Source of the DNA: Haliotis rufescens
Taxonomy: Eukaryota
Direction: 5' to 3'
DNA: 64,000 bases
Assembly: GCF_023055435.1 (NCBI RefSeq)
Contig: NW_025963791.1
Coordinates: 31,620,001 to 31,684,000, forward strand
Below, one piece after another: positions 13,195-27,190 of the stretch. The translations under genes and the position numbers were made by a program. Each line of letters opens with the position of its first letter. The first letter of the stretch is position 1. Below the pieces are notes generated by a model. It was not told the origin of the DNA. It saw only the letters and a list, made by a program, of their open reading frames with translations, and ran no database searches.

Positions 13195-13939
13195 AATTGT
13201 GAGGGACACAACATTTAAAACATGCATGAAGTCGAAGAGGTGTAACAGAACTTCATACAGAATACATACCAAAAACATGACTTATGTACGTAAAAACATA
13301 TGTACATTGTTTTCAGAATAGTGAGAAAATTGGAACACCTCCCCCACCCAACAACCAATACTATAAAGATCAGTGACTTATAATTCATATAACTATAATC
13401 ATATTAACCACTTGACACTTTACATAGGGATGTTTCCAAGCCATGCATGAACACATCGAATGGGCCGTATATTTTATCTATGATTGTCTGTTTTCAAAAC
13501 GTTCTAGACATTTTACACAAGATACACAACAAGAAAATGCATTATTTAAAAGAAGCATTGATCTGACTTTGATGACACATCCGACATGTTTGAAGTTGTT
13601 GACAATGCGTGCCCGTCGCACTTTGGACTTTGGGATTTGTAACTCAGTGGTGTGATTGATAGTAACTGTTGGCGACGGGCTTTGTACACTGTTCACTGCT
13701 GTGATGTGGGTCAGAGCATGATAACGTGCCATACGCGAATGACGCGACACACTATGTATGTTGATTTTAAAGTTATAGCTAGTGCCTTTATTCAGCCAAT
13801 TAAAAGTAACGCTGCAGTCAGGTCATCTCTTTCGTTCTCTGGCTTCCGTGCCAAATAAGGCAACAGATAGGTATATAGTAGAGCCGAGACATAACTTCTA
13901 TTCCTCGGGAACTGAACAAAGAGGAGTTCCATTGGCCAA

Positions 13940-14130
13940 CATGTTGTGTCACTGTCTCCTAACCAAGCTACAAACTCCCAGGCCTGATACGCGTCATACA
14001 GGTCCATCTAACAGTCCGATACCTAGGCCTGTTATATCAGCATCTAAATCTCTTCAAGCTTTACCCCAAAACGGAGTTGGCCGGCATACATCTGTGTAAT
14101 AGTAGTCAGTTCATCCAAGAGTTGTGTATG
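13940..14130 (-). pseudogene. Decayed fragment of the TRIM coiled-coil exon
   Basis: Encodes MDLYDAYQAWE as in the intact paralogs; DNA ggcctgatacgcgtcatacaggtccatc..cggagttggccggc..agttcatccaagagttgtgt aligns with 16602-16771 with deletions. Confidence 0.8.
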
Positions 14131-14658
14131 ATGGGATCTACCCATCTTAAACAGCCGAAAGAGAAGTCTTCACGCGAGAAACACTTGATTTGGCAATACC
14201 ATGTATATCTCCTAATTCGCTTAGAAATCCCCCCTTTGAATAGTATTAAAGTGCTTCTCACACCTGAACATGGACAGGTAAGGCACACGAACGTTGGGTC
14301 GGCCGAGAGATGTCCGAGCTTACCCGATCAACCAGCTGTAGGGTTGTATGCCGAGGGAAGCAACATCTGGCAATCAGTTCTGTGTAGGTCAAAGTATCCA
14401 ACACTTGAGTCCTATCCCTGAATATTCGCTCTCGCCTTATGTTTCTCCTGTGAAAAAACCCTTACCAAATTCATTAGAAATCTCTGCCAGTCGATTGTAC
14501 GATTCCGACCACATCATGAGCATGTGTTTATGAATCACGATCAAATAGTAATGATACCAGGTCAGACTAGGAAATTATTTTCGGGAAATGTTCTGTATCG
14601 ATGTTGAGAGCTGAAAGATGGAATCAAAGCCACAGGCAGAGTTCCATTCCTTCTCTTC

Positions 14659-14824
14659 GGTCGGTCGGTTAGCCTAGTGGTAAAAACGTTTGCTCCTCAC
14701 GCCTACGACCCGGGTTCGATTCCCGACACGGGTACAGTGTGTGAAGCCTATTTCTGGTGTCCTCCGACGTGATATTGCTTGAATATTGCTAAATGCGGCG
14801 TAAAACCATACCCACTCACTCACC
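14659..14824 (+). mobile_element. tRNA-derived SINE family A
   Basis: A box tagcctagtgg, B box ggttcgattcc, 3' tail gatattgcttgaatattgctaaatgcggcgtaaaaccatac + (actc)n. Confidence 0.85.
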
Positions 14825-15627
14825 CCATTCCCTCTCACTATATCCTTCAAAACACCATAGCAACGATGTATTGTTTTAAAAAGGGACATTCAGTCCACTA
14901 CATCATTTTAAATTCCTATTATGCCAACCAAAGTGTCCGAGATGAGAAATTTTCTGCAAAGTATGAGCAAGGTTACAATAATTATTATTATAACTGAATA
15001 CCTTTCAAATATACATAAAGGTGTGATGCTGCGTTCTTCTTCTTAGTAGATTTCTAATGTCTAGGTTTTCAGTTCAGAGGACGTACTTAGAATGTCTCCG
15101 TAGAACAAATAAGTGGGATATTATCGAGAATGTTCAATTCACATTGCATTATTGTTGACAATAACAACTCAGCTGCCCTTTTGCTGAATCATCGGCCCTA
15201 GACTTGTCCGAGAATACGTGTTGCCAGCGTGTCATGCATGTCCTCAGCTATGTGGTATATTTTCTCGATACGGTTACGTTTCACTGCATTTGTGTCCCGG
15301 AAGTTTATACTCCAGACAGCAATAGTTATAGCATTACGTTAAGATCATGTAGTCCGAGTCAGCCCACGTACTCTACATCAACTATCACTTCATGTGTTTC
15401 ACTTAGTGACCATGTGAACTATTTCAAAGTTATAAGGGACCCATTTGAATAGACTACCCAATGTCTGCACTTGACTGAATAAGCGATACACAACGATTTT
15501 GGTGAAGACTTTAATTGGTACTGAGTGTTCTATACATAGATTGGGTCTATTTTTTCATCAACAACATTTTCAGAGTAACCCTATGTGCGTAACGTGCAGT
15601 CAATGACTACACCTTGATTTCCATCTT

Positions 15628-17919
15628 TCACTTTAGTGTTTGTACATAGAAGAAGGATCCGTATTTATCACAGAATATATCATTTAGGACGGCCAGGTCA
15701 TCATCATATTCTGACGTGAGAACATCTCTGACAAATTCCCCCGACTCTGTCAGCTGTATCACCTTGTCCCTGTCTACAAGCAGGATGTCGCCAGTTCTGG
15801 TGGTTGTGATACCAGAAGAACTGCGGAGTGCTCTGTCTCCGGTAGGGGCATACCTCCACACAACACCCCCCTCTGACGTCAGGCATGTCACAGGCTCAGC
15901 TTCCCAGTCAGACACGAGTATGTTGCCCTTGTTGTTGACACACATGTTCCAGGGGTAGGCAAACAGTATCTTATCGTTGTGTGTAGTGACTGACCTCAGC
16001 ACGTGTCCCGCCATATCCAGGATGTCAAAAATGCCGTAACCATGACAAGACCATAACCATGACCTGCTGCAAGAGATGATGGACACAGTACAGCAAGACT
16101 GTAGTACTCCTTGCTTGTTGTGATGGTTGAGAGCAGCACCAGGTCAGGGGTCACTTCTACTGTTACAATCTGACGGGAGCCAGGGACAGCAGCCATCACC
16201 TGCTTCTCCTTCAACTGTGTTACACCATGGGGGGAGTCATCAAGGGGAAGTCTACTATGACATGGTTGATTGTTTCTTGTGTACAAAGATTTCACACACT
16301 TGTTCACCTGGTCTGTGACTACAACTGTCTGTATACCATCTACAACCAGGACTGTGACGTCTGTTAGAGAAGGCTGCTTCTTATCATCCGCCATCTTCCC
16401 ATCTATCACGTCAACTCGCACTGGAGACGGCAGACATGTGCCCTCATCCTGGTATGTGACGTCAATTTTCCCCAACTGTAGGTCATCTAGGATGTGCTGG
16501 ACGTTGGCAGTGTCAGGTGCAAACCTGATGTCATCTATTCTCCGTGTGTCTGCTGTGTCTGTGTCCCTGACATCCCCCAACTCTACAGCCCCCGACTCCC
16601 AGGCCTGATACGCGTCATATAGGTCCATCTCACAGTCCGATACCAAGGCCTGGTCAATGAACTCACAATGTTGTCTGTACATCTGCATCTCAATCTCGTC
16701 AAGCTTCACACCAGAGCGGAGTTGGCCGGCGTACGTCTGTGTTATGTGATTAAGTTCATCCATGAGTTGTGTTTCTTTCTGTTTAATCTTGTTTATAGCT
16801 GTTTGACAGATTGATTTAATATTTTGCACAGTTAACTCCGTGATTCTTGAACTATTTTGTAGTTTCTCGTTTTTCATCTCTACCTTCTTCGACCCCACCT
16901 CCAGTTTCTTCCCCATGCCAAATCTCTTCTCCAGCAGTACTGTCTTCATTTCTGGCTTCATAGACTCAATGGTGACGACAGTTTTACAAGCTCTGTGGTA
17001 GATGATACAACATGTCTGACAAGCAGGCTTCTGACAGTCTTTACAGTGGAACTCTACATTGCTACTCTTGTGCTCTGTACACTTGACCCTCCGTCTGCCC
17101 TTTGACCTAGATGACAGGTCACACAGGTCATGGTTCTGTGACATAGGGCTCACCCGGTGTGTCTTCACACATCTGTCACAGAGGGCCACTTCACACTCAG
17201 GACACCACAAGACACCTGGAGTTGTCTCACCTATTTGTTGACAGATCCTGCAGCAGGTGCTTGACGTCTCTGTAAACAGAAGAACGAACGTGTTGTTTCT
17301 AAAACAAAACAATATGGGAATGCTAAGCAAGTAAACAGTCTTTATTTTAAGTTCAATAACCGATCCAACTTGATGAACTATTTCAAGTTTAAATTTCTCA
17401 TAAATAAATACCATATCATAAACACAGGTGATTAAATCAACTTAAATATTACAACTGGTTGTACCTTTCTCTTGTTCACCTTGCTCACCTTCCACCAAAT
17501 CAAACTGGATTGACATTTTTTCTGATTAATACGTTTTAAGATCTTTTTGTCATTGATTTATCTTTTCTTGAACATGATAAACTGATCGATATGAATGTTA
17601 CTTCTGGTTGAACTGAACCTGGTTCATCACCCTCAGCCCCGAGGGTGTCAATCAGCCCCTGTATAATGATGCTGGGTTTGATCTGCCCCGCCCACTCCTC
17701 CACTGGTCGGCTGGGGTGGGGGACCTTGGTATCTTGTCGACAGAAAGAACAGGGGATCGTCTTTGACTGTACAGTATCTGGTCTGGTTTGGATGAACTTG
17801 GTGACACATTTCCTGCAGAATGTGTGATCACACCTCAGTGTACAGGGGTCTGTGTACAGTTCGTGGCAGATCACACAGGTGAGGAATTCCCTCACTTTCT
17901 CAATCTGGGATGTCGCCAT
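15628..17919 (-). pseudogene. TRIM RING-Bbox-Bbox-CC-NHL gene copy 2, frameshifted in the propeller (truncated 524-aa product or pseudogene)
   Basis: Exon 17919-17619, GT-AG intron 17618-17270, exon from 17269. Frame breaks at about 16036-16063 (stop at 15996); the rest of the propeller is in ORF 15628-16086; a further 1-nt loss at about 15645-15660 relative to copy 3. Confidence 0.85.
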
Positions 17920-18597
17920 CTGTAAAACAAGAAATGAGACGTCACATAAATCATTTTTAATTTAAAAATAAACAAAAAAAACCGGTGAAGTTCGTCGGTT
18001 TCTGTAATGGGGCAATGTGTATTTCGTTTGGCACATCCTGAAAAAGTCTTGTTGAAAGTCACTTCGGACTTACCTTCTATATCAAGCTGACATTCCATGG
18101 TTTAACTGAAATACTGTTCTAAGCGGCATAAATACAAATTCATTCACGTGTTGAAACGTCTGTCATTGGCTGTCAAATGTGTAGTTTGTCTCAATGTTGT
18201 TTCTACGCCATCAATACCACAAGTCAACTACATAATACTGATCTGTATTTCGTCCAGGCAAACCAATTGCTAACATCATAATAGAGTCTGCCACGTGTTT
18301 CCTATTAAAGTTTTAAAAACTACCAACAGTTAGTACATATGAATAAATTATATAAACACCAAGCTTTCCTTTACAGTAAATAGACACACCGCCCCAACCT
18401 TTTCACAATACAAGGGAGGTAACTGAACGTTAGCATTCGAGACTAAGTCTGATATCTATCTTTATTGTGTCCGTTTTACACATCAACAAATAACGTTGTT
18501 CACCAGAACGTCAGATATACATTAAACATATAACAATAAAAGAAAGTTACATCAATTTATTTTACATTTCATTGTAACTTGGAGTCCAACAATTCCT

Positions 18598-18609
18598 ACT
18601 TTCGGTTTC
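18598..18609 (-). promoter_or_regulatory. ISRE/IRF-element-like motif GAAACCGAAAGT near the putative 5' non-coding exon of copy 2
   Basis: Plus strand actttcggtttc matches GAAANNGAAA; about 60 bp inside a putative intron after a AG|GTATGT donor at 18672/18671. Confidence 0.4.
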
Positions 18610-21084
18610 TCTTCGTTTGAAGTTTCGTGTGTTGACAAAACTGAAATTAAACTCATTAAAGAAACACATACCTGATGGACGTTGACACTATCGGTGTTCT
18701 GAATATATATTAGTTCTTCATGTGCACTGTGTGAGATTTAATTGTACGTCCTGGATGCCTTGAAATAACCAAATCCCGCCTCGGTACACACCTGTGCCCA
18801 CCTGTCCCGTCCGCATGACATACAAGGGAGGTAACTGCGAAATCTCGACTAGTGGTGATTCAAAAGCGATCGAAGCTTATGACAACTTAGGTTTCTGGAT
18901 CGAATCTAGGTGATTCCGATAACAACGCGAGAGATCGACACATTTCAATATACACACACTGGATACGCTATAAACAGTGTTTTTGTTATATCGTAATATG
19001 TTATTGACCTTCGTGTTTGTACAAATATGCCCGAACATGTAAAAATGTAATGTCAGTAAAAGAAGTGATCATGTACCCATTTCACTATTTAGTCCTGTGC
19101 GTACCGATTACTGGATTATCCTCTGCGTTTGATTATGGAAACAGTCAGATGTATTCACAAGCAAATGTTCAGTATTATGAAGAGAAGGAACTGGGATTGT
19201 GTGAGGCCAAAGTCATAAAAGCGACAGTAAAAGAGTTCCCTGGCAACCGATCAAAAGTACAGCGGGACGTGGAAACAGTATCGTGGAGACGGAAATGATT
19301 TGATCTCTTTTGTATTCTGACAAGTTTAGGACGTGCGAATGAATCCTGATTCGTTGACGCGAACATGCGCAGAGGGCATGGCGAATACCATGTCCTAAAA
19401 TGATTCTGTAAATGGCTTTTATCAGTTAAGTTTACCTGTGCTGTTCGGTTATTGCGTTGTGTGGCAATATCCGTGCATTTCTCGTGCATTATGCTATATT
19501 ACCCGTGCATTATCCGTACATTTTACGTACGTTTTTACTTAGTGCATAATGTCTGGGACTACTGAAGTTATATGAGTGAGACTTTGCAAGTTTATTAAAG
19601 GTGAATAGATACTTATCAAGGCCGAGTTCTAAATATTTTTATGTCCTCACTGCATGCCTTTCAACATTAACTGACTGACTGAGATAAAGGGTTCAACGTC
19701 CACTTCACATTAACTTCACATTATCATCACTATATATAAACAAGCAATTATATTGTAGCCCATGTCGAATGATAGTTATAATGTTGTTTTCTTGTTGATA
19801 TATATCCTATGAGATATAGTATGATTTGAGATAAACATGTATATTATTGCACAGGGTAAATTATAATCTCACTGTAGTTTGAAGGACGAAAAGCGAGGTT
19901 ATGGACTTTTATCATATAATGGCAAGTGTTGTCGATGTGAAAAAAATAAACCAATACACAAAACTTATCATCACGATCCTATAAATGTGGTTACCCTCAT
20001 ATGTTTCTGCATCATAAATATCTTTTATTACATACTTCAGTGACGTTGAGAAAAGTGATATTTTCATTTCAGTGAACGTAACACTTGATATTTCACAGCA
20101 GTGAACATAACACTTTGACGGAACTATTGTCACACAAGAATTAACTCCCCTTATATTGTCTCCCTATGTCGTTTGAGCAAGCCTGAAAACAAACTTTTGA
20201 CGTCCTTCTCACGTCACTTCCACATTGAGAGGGCAAAATAACGACAGATGGTCATTTATAGAGTTGATATCACTTCTTCTCGTTTGTTATTCTCTCGGAA
20301 ATGTTTTGTTATAACTGTTAATTTCTCATTTAACACGTCAATTGCCATTTTTGTAACTTGACCAGCATGTAATTTTCCCTTCCAACAGCGGTCTCATTGT
20401 TTTCAAGAATATGTTTTGTTAAAGTTGTTTTGGTATATAATCATATGGAAATGTCTGACAAAGAATGTTCGTGACCCTAAATATATTTTTATACTTTTAT
20501 TTATTTTTTTGAGATTTTGCAAACACGAAACTACTTTTTTAGTAATACAAGGGGTGGTGAACCGTGTTCACCTGCGTGTTAGGTAGGGAGATTTTACGTT
20601 TCACGGTTTTACATTTGTAATGAAACAATGTAATTTTCCAAGAGAAAACTATAATAAATAGAATATTACATGTGTCTCGTGAAATATCATGTTTCTCTCA
20701 TCTCGTGACAGTGGAAAAGGAGATATTTCACTTGACATATGAAGTATCCTCTATATATATGGGAGACACAAAGGTTTGCATAATGCAATTTGTATTCCTA
20801 ATATATGATATTTACGACACAGAAACACTCCCGGCTAATACTCTCTGTGTATTCTATCAACTGGGTTTACCTCTATGATGAAATTACAGATACCTTCGAA
20901 TCATGAATGATAATAAACAAAATTGATTGCTAGAGTAAAGAGTTAATTTTAGTTTTTTTTTCATATTTAGAGAAAACCTGGCTATATATGTTATATGTTG
21001 GTTCATGCCGTGCCCTCTGCTTGTGACGCTATCATAATCATCTGGGATCTATAGCAGGTAACAGTGTGGGGTGATGTTGATGTC

Positions 21085-22199
21085 CAAGGGGAAGCTGAAA
21101 AGTTCTGAGCTTAAATACAAAGGATGTATAGAACACATTAAGTACAACACGCTCCTTCCTTACAGGCTGCATTTGAACCAAATACTCAACCAGGAAGCAT
21201 ATTTCGACAGGCATCAAAGTGACCAGGTATTCTCTCTTGAGGAACTGGAGATAATTACACCAGCACCTCATCCATGCATGGGGACAAAGTGGCAACTTAG
21301 GGGATGATTTTTCTTCCTTTGCCCCTGTCGAAAGGGGGATACCAAATTTATAGAGGGGAAGATAGTGCCTCGAAGATTATCCAAGATCAGGATTGAAGAC
21401 TCAGCTTCCATCACAACGGAAAATGTTGACGAAATACATGATATGATTATGGATGATCAATTCACTTCACATCACACAGCCAATACAGTTTGAGAACATT
21501 CTGAGGAATGAACTGGCATGACAAAGGTTTCAGCAGGCTGTGTCCCAATGAGTCTGATTAGAAACACTCCAGTTTCATCATCTCTTGTGGGAATTTACGT
21601 CATTTTGAAGCAGTTCCACTTGATTTTGTTGAGCGATTTGTAACCATGGGTAAGTCTTGAGTTCACTACTATCAGCCAGAAACTAGGCAACATTCAATGC
21701 AGTGGAAATATCTCACGTCTCCTTTTATCGAAGAAGAAGGCGAAGTCAGTTCCATCAGCTGGGAAGGTGATGGTTCCAGTTTTCTCAAATTCCAAAAGAA
21801 TCCTACTGGTGAACGCCCTACCTACCATTAATGGCAAATATAATGCCAATCTGACTTTTCAACTGTGTGAGGATATCAAGACTAATTTTTTAACGTCTTT
21901 GATACCTCACTAAAGGTGTGTTGTTTCACCACGACAATGCACCTGTGCACAAGTCTGTTGTTGCCATGGTTTCAATGCATGACCGTGGCTTTAAAGTCCT
22001 TGAATAAACTCCCTTTTCGCTTGCTACCATGTTTGGCACCGCCAGATTTACACCTGTTTTCCAACTCAGAGACCATATGGGTATAACCATCTGGTCCATC
22101 TTGGGCAGAAGCGTCTGGACCCCAGAAGGGAGTATGCTGAAACCGACTTCATCAACGCAGTTCGTCATGTTTAGGCCCAGAAATGATCAGTCGCCCTCG
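21085..22199 (+). mobile_element. Decayed mariner (DD34D) transposon
   Basis: TIR-like ends (..gggaagctgaaaagttctgagc / ..gcccagaaatgatcagtcgccctcg-ta); fragments ENVDEIHDMI, VHYYQPETRQHSMQWK, FHHDNAPVHKS. Confidence 0.8.
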
Positions 22200-22859
22200 T
22201 AGATTTCTGTCACCCATAAGACTGCTGTAGATTTGACAGAACAACAGATTGAAGTTGACACCAACACGGAGTAAGAATGCTTTGTAGTTCGTCCTCCTGT
22301 CACCAACAAGAACTGTTACCTAAAATATCCCCCAAAGCTCTCATGGGGGCAGTTCTGTTGTCTTTGATATTTACTTTCCATATTGTTTGCATGAGGCGGA
22401 CAAAGGGAATTATTCTCGATACTTAAATGTGTTTCTGAGTTTGGACTGTACAGATCTCAGATGAATATTCCCGATTTGGGATCCTGTCCAATAAGGGATT
22501 ATAATTACCCCTTGAATATAAATATATCGGAAATGGCAGAATTTATTTGCACCTCGTCGAAAGTATCGCACCACCAAATTTAAAGTGTAATTGCGAGTTA
22601 ATTTTCAATGTAGAGATTTTCAAATGGTACGCTGTGTGTTGACAAATCACCTGCCTGTAGAATGGTAGTTGGCTTAACTGGGAAACCTTGTGGGTGCTCT
22701 CATGCGAGACGTATGCAGTCCTAAAAGGTCTCTATAGAGAAATACTTGGTTGATGACAGAAAGGTCATGCGTCTTTGTATGAATGTTCTACCAATTTGAA
22801 AGTCTCTTTTTGGAAAAATTGTACCTGAAATCCTTAAGCGTCCTATCCCAGGAAATAAA

Positions 22860-23450
22860 AGATGGCAAATCATTAGCATGCACCAAACGAGCATGTCATG
22901 TCGGGCTACTGACACCGTGTTGAACATTAATCATACTGTAATCAATCGACCCATTACAAATTACACATTGACTGGACATGTGAGGGACTTGTTGAGGTCA
23001 GGACGTCCGCGGAAGACCAGTGGCAGAGAGGACAGGGTCCTTGAACGCCAGGCAAAACGGGTTCCAACTTCAACTTGCACCGTTCTTAGTCATCACCCCA
23101 ACAACAGTGTCCCTTAGCACCTACAGGCGTCAACTGAATGCAGCAGGATTAAGGGGCAGAAGACCATTAACAGATCCACCCCTCTCACTACAACGAATTC
23201 GGGACAGGTTAGCAGGGTGTGAGACTAGAGTATACTGGAACGTCATGGAGGAGGATTCGTTGGTCTGACAAGAGTCGGGTCTTATTGCACCACACTGATG
23301 GTAGGGCTAGTGTCTGGAGGCAAAGGGGAACATCAGCCCAACATCCAGGAAACAGTGGCATGTGGGGGGCGGATCAGTGATTGTATGGGGTTGTTGGTCC
23401 TTTGATAGTAAACTTGATTTGGTCACAGTTCAGCTGAGGGGACATTAAAT
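22860..23450 (+). mobile_element. Decayed Tc1-like transposase remnant
   Basis: TGHVRDLLRSGRPRKTSGREDR (paired-domain GRPR linker), RRQLNAAGLRGRRP and SVIVWGCWSF fragments. Confidence 0.75.
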
Positions 23451-23550
23451 GGACAAATGCCAGACCCCATCAGCACGAGCTGTGACTGACCAGCAATCAC
23501 TGTAAAGTTGTAACACAAAGTGAGATTAATACTTTGACTTCATGAGTTTC

Positions 23551-23803
23551 ACCCATGTATATCCATGTTAGAATATATATAGGTATTCTGAAACCCAAGC
23601 TTGCCATAAAAGGCGACTATCCTTGTAAGAGGCGACTAACGGGTGACCAGGCTCACTGACTTGGTTGATGCATGTCATCGTATCCAATTGCGTATATAGA
23701 TCCTCATGATATCAATCACTGGATTGTCCGGTTCAGACTCCATTGTTTACAGACCGCCGTCATATAGCTGGATTATTGCTGAGCGCGGCGTAAAACAACA
23801 AAC
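23551..23803 (+). mobile_element. Non-autonomous retroposon family C (gtaagaggcgactaa head motif, LINE-like tail), co-duplicated with the array
   Basis: Head ..tagaat..gtaagaggcgactaacggg; tail atagctggattattgctgagcgcggcgtaaaacaacaaac; paralogs at 34287-34556 and 43802-44067. Confidence 0.75.
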
Positions 23804-24568
23804 CGAGTGTAATGCGGTTTCTGTATAGGTGTTGAGGCAAGACGAAGAAACAGTAGGAAGCACATTCAGTCTTCTTAATAATACAGCAAGGATTTATTTC
23901 TTGACATGGGAAATTTGGTCCATTTCATAACTAATAATTGGCATAAGGATTGAAGAGCTTAATGCTTACCAAGTATTAACATTCCAGATCAGAATATTTC
24001 TGCATTGTGTGGGCAAAGTTACAATGATGTTTGTCATCACTGATAACTGACCAAATCAACAAAAAGGTTTTCGTACATTTCTTGTCACAATCATGGTGTG
24101 TGTTTCAGTTCAAACGGCGGATTTTATAATGAAACAAAATAGATGGGATCTTATCTTGAGGAGAATGTTGAATCCACACACATCGTGCGTATTTCAACAA
24201 ATTGATGTTGATTATGATCGAATTAAAAACTGTGCCACTTAATTACCACTACTGCTGTTTTTCTACACTCGGACCAGGGAGCATGTAAGGTCCATTTCAG
24301 GGCTATGTTATTGCCGAAATCATCGTAAAAATATAACCGCCCACTCTTTCTTTATAGCATATCATTGTTTTTATTATTAAGTAATCTTAATCCTTTTGTG
24401 ACCAAATGGGTGAATAAGTGGCACCCCAGGTTTTGGTGAAGACTGTATTTGATACTGAGTGTTCTATACATTGACTGGAGCTATTTTCTCCACACCATTT
24501 TCACATAAATATTTTTCATAGTAACCCCATGCACATCACTGGAATAAACCTTCAGTTTTTGTTTTCTA

Positions 24569-26853
24569 TCAGACTAACATATACTCTTTCACTTCTGTGT
24601 TTGTACACAGAAAGAGGAATCCGTATTTATCACAGGATATATTGATCATGTCTTTGGAAAATAGGACATTCCTGACATACTCCCCCGTGTCTGTCAGCTG
24701 TATCACCTTGTTGGTGTCCCGGTCTACAAGCAGGATGCCTCCTGTGCCTGTAGTTGAGATACCGTAAGGTCTGAGTGATCTGTCTCCGGTAGGGGCGTAT
24801 CTCCACACAACATCCCCCTCTGACGTCAGACATGTCACAGACGGCTTCCCCGAGTCAGACACGAGTATGTTGCCCTTGTTGTTGACACACATGTAGAAGG
24901 GGCAGGTAAATAGTGTCTTATTGTTGTGTGTAGTGACTGACCTCAGCACGTGTCCTGCCATGTCCAGGATGTCAACAATGCCGTGACAATCATAATAAAG
25001 ACCACCTGCTGCAAGAGATGATGGACTGAGTACAGCAAGACTGTAGTACCGTTTGCTTGTTGTGATGGTTGAGAGCAGCACCAGATCAGGGGTCACTTCT
25101 ACTGTTACAATCTGACTGGAGTAAGGGACAGCAACCATCACCTGGTTCTCCTTCAACTGTGTTACACTACATGGAAGGTCACCCAGGGGAAGTTTACTAT
25201 GACATCGCTGGTTGTTTGTTGTGTAGAAAGATTTTACACACTCATTCTTAATGTCGGTAACCACAGCAGTCTGTATACCGTCTACAACCAGGACTGTGAC
25301 GTCGCGTAGATCAGGCTCCTTCTTATCACCCATTATCCTCCCATCTATCTGGTCAACTAGGCCTAGAGACGGCAGACATGTGCCCTCATCCTGGTATGTG
25401 ACGTCAATCTTCCCCAGCTGTAGGTCATCTAGGATGTGCTCGACGTTGGCAGTGTCAGGTGCAAACCTGATGTCATCTATTCTCCGTGTGTCTGCTGTGT
25501 CTGTGTCCCTGCCATCCCCCGAGTCTACAGCCCCCGACTCCCAGGCCTGATACGCGTCATATAGGTCCATCTGACAGTTCGATATCAAAGCCTGGTCAAT
25601 GAACTCACAATGTTGTCTGTACATCTGCATCTCAATCTCGTCAAGCTTCACACCAGAGCGGAGTTGGCCGGCGTACGTCTGTGTTATGTGATTCAGTTCA
25701 TCCATGAGTTGTGTTTCTTTCTGTTTAATCTTGTTTATAGCTGTTTGACAGATTGACTTTATATTTTGCACAGTTAACTCCGTGCTTCTTGAACTATTTT
25801 GTAGTTTCTCATTTGTTATTTCTACCTTCTTCGACCTCACCTTCAGTCTCTTCCCCATGACAAATCTCTTCTCCAGCAGTTCTGTCTTCATCTCTGGCTT
25901 CATAGACTCAATGGTGACGACAGTTTTACAAGCTCTGTGGTAGATGATACAACATGTCTGACAAGCAGGCTTCTGACAGTCTTTACAGTGGAACTCTACA
26001 TTGCTACTCTTGTGCTCTGTACACTTGACCCTCCGTCTGCCCTTTGACCTAGATGACAGATCGCACAGGTCATGGTTCTGTAAGATAGGGCTCACCCGGT
26101 GTGTCTTCACACATCTGTCACAGAGGGCCACTTCACACTCAGGACACCACAAGGCACCTGGAGTTGTCTCCCCTAGTTGCTGACAGATCCTGCAGCAGGT
26201 GCTTGACGTCTCTGTGAACAGAAGTACGAACGTATTGTTTCTAAAACAAACCAATATGGGAATGCTAAGCATGTGAACAGTCTTTATTTAATGTTCAATA
26301 AACGATCAAACTTATGAACAATTTCAAGTTTCTCAGGAATAATTAATTCAACTTAAATCAACTTAATGAACTTAAATATTACAATTGGTTGTACCTTTCT
26401 CTTGTTCACCTGGCTCAACTTCCACCAGATAATTCATCAAACTGGATTGACATATCTGATTGATACGTTTTAAGATCTTTTTATCATAAATTTATCTTTT
26501 CTTGAACTTGATAAACTATTCGATATTAATGTTACTTCTGGATGAACTTTACCTGGTACATCTTCCTCGGGCCCGAGAGTGTCAATCAGCCCCTGTATAA
26601 TGATGCTGGGTTTGATCTGCCCCGCCCACTCCTCCACTGGCCTGCTGGGATGGGGGACCTTGGTATCTTGTCGACAGAAGGCACAGGGGATTGTCTGGGA
26701 CTGTACAGCATCTGGTCTGGTTTGGATATATCCTGTGACACATTTCCTGCAGAATGTGTGATCACACCTCAGTGTACAGGGGTCTATGTACAGTTCGTGG
26801 CAGATCACACATGTGAGGAATTCTCTCACTTTTTCATTCTGGGATGTCGCCAT
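24569..26853 (-). CDS. TRIM E3 ubiquitin ligase copy 3 (RING, B-box1, B-box2, coiled coil, 6-bladed NHL-like propeller; TRIM56/TRIM2/3/71-like architecture), 647 aa spliced
   Basis: Exons 26853-26553 (301 nt) and 26211-24569 joined in frame by a phase-1 GT-AG intron (CCAG|GTAAAG ... ttcacag|AG); B-boxes CRIC..CPEC..CDRC..H..H and CTEH..CKDC..CQTC..H; NHL-type repeats PFYMCVNNKGNILVSD and PYGISTTGTGGILLVD. Confidence 0.92.
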
Positions 26854-27091
26854 CTGTAAAACAAGAAATTAAACATCACACAAATCCTTTTTAAATTTTT
26901 CAAAACTTTTTTTCCGGTCTCAGTTATGGGCCACTTTGGACTTATTTTCCGTATTTAGCTGACATGGTATACCATGAATACACAATGCCATTTAGAAAGT
27001 GATCAACTTTACAAATGATCTCAACTTGTCAGAGGGGTACTCAAAGTATGTGATCTAGACTGCCTGTTGTCGGACTTTCATTGTTGTGGAA

Positions 27092-27190
27092 GCCTCGGTG
27101 GTTGAGTGGGTTAGATCGCTGACTTTGTTTGCTGGCGATTAGGTGCCTCACTCTGGCAAGTGTGGGTTCGAATCCCGGACGGGACTCAAC
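27092..27190 (+). mobile_element. tRNA-derived SINE head fragment (further family)
   Basis: gcctcggtggttgagtgggttagatcgctgactt..gtgtgggttcgaatcccggacgggac has A/B boxes but no intact cloverleaf; absent at the paralogous sites. Confidence 0.55.

Noticed and set aside
16270-16608. Recurrent antisense ORFs inside the TRIM exons (also 25251, 35833, 45518)
   Set aside because: Shadows of the conserved sense frame; starts and lengths are not conserved and no domain is recognisable.
26212-26552. N-terminal extensions (MLSIPILVCFRNN..) of the large ORFs and stand-alone RING-only proteins
   Set aside because: These are intron read-through; conserved phase-1 GT-AG sites join the RING exon to the B-box exon in frame in all four copies.
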